32,000 nucleotides of DNA, taken from NCBI RefSeq assembly GCF_001481685.1, contig NZ_CP006867.1, positions 270,001-302,000 of the forward strand, given 5' to 3'. Under the pieces are notes generated by a model. The model did not search any database. It saw only the letters and a list, made by a program, of their open reading frames with translations, and was not told the origin of the DNA. Shown piece after piece: positions 29,401-32,000 of this stretch. The position numbers were made by a program, and so were the translations under genes. The first letter of the stretch is position 1, and every line of letters begins with the position of its first letter. This stretch comes from Ignicoccus islandicus DSM 13165 (GTDB lineage: Archaea > Thermoproteota > Thermoprotei_A > Sulfolobales > Ignicoccaceae).

Positions 29401-29649
29401 TACTATTACGATATCATAAGAGAATTGCAAAGACACCTAGATCTATATGAGGAGGATCGATACCTTATAAGCGATCCATTCATGGTCCTGCTAAGGTACA
29501 TAATTAAAAGAAATATACGTAACGAAGGAGCGAAATCACAGCCCCCCTTGCTGAACCTTAAAGAGACGTTAGAATTTTTGGAATCAGTGAAAAACGACCT
29601 TTTCGATTTGTTGAAGTTCGGCTTTATGTGGCACAAATCGATGAGGTGA
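26482..29649 (+). CDS. cas10: Cas10/Cmr2, type III-B large subunit with HD-type N-terminus and GGDD cyclase motif
   Basis: 1055-aa; IVALLHDTPEKTW; CTCGRPA...CPYCF zinc site; second Palm IVIFSGGDDLLALLPARS; MIRADADNMGDLKRG. Confidence 0.96.
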   Translation: MDCNGLLKKKIVALLHDTPEKTWLMYTRTRHEDYAKNRIRELYGEDYLEYLRDVKKYDVISSTIDRWVIPSRTIIPRVVRLLNPFDPSFYYEVDIGQIDKEKVNEYWRSLRECLGKLSNDRERYHVQYALMELLWYKIVGSPLPADTRFPTHTVFDHVYSTASVVNIYHEGKFTGFLVEVDIPGIQNFVSGGRRPGDWWIRSWLISAITWYLIKDLVWEFGPDILLSPSARYNPFYYSTILEKIPFISKCISSDNLDEAEKKFVKSLITPDQPLMPATVTLLLPKCSLEFILRDVSTSDTYDAIRQYFKQYFKKRLEEVWKNIVNELQRSLDRKLNDDKAWQNQFEGVRYCLESCNDSITYEDLKRIIERAEKPPFEIRVTVIDIEKAYEDFRNIFNSQKSEIRNRINQRLNGTKRKLEIGKDVFPYSKDIDDVMNDLEKKLFFHWLLTKKYPEEVHRVKSISIDPLLLDSWTLEITNARYSKYSEKTALTCTCGRPAAIHNPRDEPTSILRSHEALCPYCFVLRLLQYNTDALTRLVPSGEIRVPKIVTSTLAALPELIEWFLNDKEVIEFLDQEGNKIEVKGDQLRYLLLETLKQHNPPIRSTSFPHGYNTRFHLNLEELVDELQRIDKITSLIVVPSNLKDMLSNPSEQQLYLKVSLSNKTSKHLRVLNSLNKYIVMIRADADNMGDLKRGALGYSTRDYFNKVFEHLKIYSVNDKDAELYSAASSIIESVLERFYESYPREVSKDSKKNDGSQQLPTTLVTPTYLSQLSYSLMIEAILDKEIIESNYGIVIFSGGDDLLALLPARSVFSKSPIPPLRDLESLLSNELLNLVKRFYYSPALWVWWLTRLNHWGLLKGIDGFRHTKSFFAPALVAYGRSYGIAVRHYRDPLAKVFEDVKDLEDKAKHQKEEVTKDKVKDGVSVSYGRLGAEGVALSNTLGTKEKRDLRERNSLGPFVATFASLHYQGLSNNYYYDIIRELQRHLDLYEEDRYLISDPFMVLLRYIIKRNIRNEGAKSQPPLLNLKETLEFLESVKNDLFDLLKFGFMWHKSMR

Positions 29650-30716
29650 ATGCGTTGATAGTATTGGAGCCACTTAGCTTTGTAAGTTTCAGAAAGCCTG
29701 GACCTTTCGGTATAACTCAACGAGGACCTCTTTCCACGAGTTCCACCTATTTCATGAAGACGACTACATTAATAGGGGCACTAGCCTATTTAGCTTATAC
29801 CCAGAACGTTGAATGTAGTAATAAGGAAGGTCTCTTTGAAGCAACTAGGGAATGCCTAAGACGATGTTTTAGAGGAAATCTGAGGGGACCCTATGTTGTT
29901 TGTAAGGATCAACCCTCGTTATTCTTCGCTGAAGAAAAGCTGTTGGACTTGAACATCTTGTTCGAAAGGTGGGATGATATTAGAGTGGACCTAGCAATGC
30001 TCCTCAACGGTAAAGTTGTCCTAAAAAGGAAAAAGAAGGGACTAATCGAACATTACTTGAGCGACGAAGAACGAGATTGCATCCCTAAAATCTTCGAGAA
30101 ACACGCTACTGGAAAAACGCGAAGGAAATTAATTTCTCATCAGTTTTCCAATAAGTTGCAGAAGTTTAGCAAGAATAGCGAATTTATCTTTGTCAGAGAA
30201 AGGCTTTACGCTAGGGGCCTCAAGTTCTTTCTCGAAGTTAATGAATTCAACGAGCAGTGTCTCTATGATACGCTAATACCTTTGGGGGGTGACGGGGGTC
30301 TTGCGAAAGTAGAAATCGTAACCGGAAATCCAATAGAAGAAAACCTCAGGAAATTATGGGGCAACGAGTGCTGGGAAACATGTAAGGGGAAGCGATCGGT
30401 AGTAGTAGTGATCTCTCCCTTAATACTAGAATCTAGTTCTAACTCTAAATGTGATTATAAGGATTACAAATGCCACTTCCAAGAGATCCTTGAAGTCGAG
30501 GAAATAGCACCTCTCTACGATAGATATTCTGTTAAGGCATATCCTCTAGGCTGGGACTTAAGGAAGGACCGTCCACGACCATTCGTTCCCACAGTAACTC
30601 CTGGATCCGCTGTAGTTGGAACGCTGAAGAAATCGCCAAGAGACGTCTATTGGGAAGGCGTAGGTCTCTTTAAAGATATCGGTTTTGGAACAGTAATCCC
30701 ATTACCTTTTGACTAA
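29628..30716 (+). CDS. cmr3: Type III-B CRISPR RAMP protein Cmr3 (start probably GTG 29646 or TTG 29655)
   Basis: IVLEPLSFVSFRKPGPF...GPLSTSSTYFMKTTTLIGALAY; C-terminal FVPTVTPGSAVVGTLKK; follows cas10. Confidence 0.88.
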   Translation: MAQIDEVNALIVLEPLSFVSFRKPGPFGITQRGPLSTSSTYFMKTTTLIGALAYLAYTQNVECSNKEGLFEATRECLRRCFRGNLRGPYVVCKDQPSLFFAEEKLLDLNILFERWDDIRVDLAMLLNGKVVLKRKKKGLIEHYLSDEERDCIPKIFEKHATGKTRRKLISHQFSNKLQKFSKNSEFIFVRERLYARGLKFFLEVNEFNEQCLYDTLIPLGGDGGLAKVEIVTGNPIEENLRKLWGNECWETCKGKRSVVVVISPLILESSSNSKCDYKDYKCHFQEILEVEEIAPLYDRYSVKAYPLGWDLRKDRPRPFVPTVTPGSAVVGTLKKSPRDVYWEGVGLFKDIGFGTVIPLPFD

Positions 30717-30723
30717 TTGCTCC

Positions 30724-30741
30724 CCTCCCACTTCTGGGAGG
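30724..30741 (+). terminator. Hairpin just downstream of cmr3, possible 3' end signal
   Basis: CCTCCC-ACTTCT-GGGAGG, perfect 6-bp stem, 8 nt after the cmr3 stop. Confidence 0.35.
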
Positions 30742-31405
30742 ATCATCGCATTCTCTCCACTCAACGCTCTACTATACCATTCCTCCTCGCGTCATTTCTT
30801 TCTAACCCCGTATTGAGGGTAGTTACGTCGGAGCCTAAGTTACTTCTAACTCAGTAACATCTGCAAATTACTTTATTCGTATTAATACCATTAAATTAGT
30901 CTTGAAAAACCAACTTACAGAAGCTATATTTAGCGAGCCCTAAACATAGGTATTACAATAGCTAGGTGTTACCAGGAAATTAGGTTCAAAGGATCTAGAT
31001 AATTTAGACAGCTAATCGAGCCTAAATCAAGGTTCGTAATATTAAAATAAGGCCTAATTCGGCACAACCTTCATGACGTGGAAGGGAACGCTTCAAACGA
31101 GTTCGAACTGATTAAGTGAATTGAATTTACTTCCGTACAGGGAGGTAATAAGGGCCTCCAAGGAGATGCAAATGTGATGGTGTACCGGGATAACACCGTT
31201 GATGGTAGAGTTAACGCCCACTTAACTTTCCAGCTTGGAAAGTTAACCTCCGGGATGGTTTGCTAGCGGTAATACGAGGAGATGTAAATGCCGATTGAAT
31301 CCGGGGGACCGGAACGGGTTTAGGATCTGTAAGGAACTGAGGTCTTGATCGATAGCTAGGCACATATTTATTATGAATTTCGGTGCTATAGTAGCTTGGG
31401 GTATA

Positions 31406-31453
31406 GCGCCCAGGTGGCTGCCAAACCTCGCGCCTGGGCGGCTGCCAAAGCGT
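31406..31453. repeat. Degenerate tandem repeat (2 x 24 nt) that can also fold as a GC-rich hairpin
   Basis: gcgcccaggtggctgccaaacctc / gcgcctgggcggctgccaaagcgt (18 of 24 positions identical); CGCCCAGG (31407-31414) pairs perfectly with CCTGGGCG (31433-31440). Confidence 0.6.
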
Positions 31454-31456
31454 ATC

Positions 31457-31972
31457 TCAACACGCCCTTCCAATTACCTCACATAGCTCTCCAACAAAGT
31501 TGCTCGTTAAATCGAAGCCCCTTGCGAAAGCTAGCTTCTCCTTAAGGCGCTCATTGCGATGCAATAGGGCGTTCCTATAGCTCCCAGCTAACACGTCTAC
31601 AATAGCGAACGGTAGAGCGTGATGCGACTTCACTTCCATCGCATCTACAACTTTATAACATTGGAAGCGTCTCTTAGGTAGTTCCCTATCGCTTATGCCT
31701 CTCCAAGAGAAGAACTTTTCATCAAACAAGACGAGCGCGTCTTCGATCAACGAGTTACAAAGCTCCGTCTTAACGTTATTAAACACGTAAGGCTTCATGG
31801 TCTTCGATAAGGCCTCTCTTAACGGCTCGGAGAATTCGCCTAAACCCTTCAAGAACTTAGCTATCTCTGCTTTGTTAACGTAATGAATTAAGGCTCTCAT
31901 GGAACTACACGTACGAAGTGAAGTAACTACGTCGAAGAACTTCCCGAGGGCTTCATCTATTGCTTCGTTCAC
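31457..31972 (-). CDS. Hypothetical protein with HEPN-like RNxxxH motif
   Basis: 171-aa, largely helical in composition; LPFAIVDVLAGSYRNALLHRNERLKEKLAF. Confidence 0.6.
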   Translation of the reverse strand: MNEAIDEALGKFFDVVTSLRTCSSMRALIHYVNKAEIAKFLKGLGEFSEPLREALSKTMKPYVFNNVKTELCNSLIEDALVLFDEKFFSWRGISDRELPKRRFQCYKVVDAMEVKSHHALPFAIVDVLAGSYRNALLHRNERLKEKLAFARGFDLTSNFVGELCEVIGRAC

Positions 31973-32000
31973 TTCCTTCGTTTCGGTACCCTTAAAGCAC

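Noticed and set aside
26076-29720. Minus-strand ORFs within cmr6 and cas10
   Set aside because: Antisense shadows of well-supported Cmr proteins.
30717-31400. Possible CRISPR array next to the cmr genes
   Set aside because: Scanned for 24-37 nt repeats with regular spacing; only one pair of short similar words and a 2-copy degenerate tandem repeat, so no array.
31243-31473. 76-aa minus-strand ORF MEGRVEIRFGSRPGARFG...
   Set aside because: Overlaps the tandem repeat and the degenerate region; composition reflects repeats, no protein-like pattern.

Overview
The window is archaeal DNA, most like a hyperthermophilic crenarchaeote (Desulfurococcales, possibly Ignicoccus-like; taxonomy is inference). 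Positions 1-19 kb are ordinary chromosome: tRNA-Leu(GAG), a B12-binding-type radical SAM protein, MoxR ATPase, PstS-like protein, GlcD-type FAD oxidase, CcmB/CcmE-like cytochrome c maturation proteins, hisF, rpl15, COG4080 and COG1325-type proteins, a DUF429-type protein, gatB, an octaheme cytochrome c and several hypotheticals. Positions 19.4-30.7 kb are a type III-B (Cmr) CRISPR effector locus in an unusual order: csx1 (CARF-HEPN), cmr1, [accessory insert], cmr4, cmr5, cmr6, cas10/cmr2, cmr3. It has an intact GGDD cyclase motif but no CRISPR array, cas6, cas1 or cas2 in the window. The strongest observation is the insert between cmr1 and cmr4: a short P-loop NTPase (Walker A GPPGSGKST) followed by what reads as the C-terminal part of an adenosine deaminase-fold protein (CPTSN...HPL...GTDDP). 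I interpret this as a decayed or internally deleted ATPase + adenosine deaminase defence cassette (RADAR-like) inside a cyclic-oligoadenylate-signalling type III locus. A minus-strand ORF just beyond the locus carries an RNxxxH motif like that of HEPN RNases.
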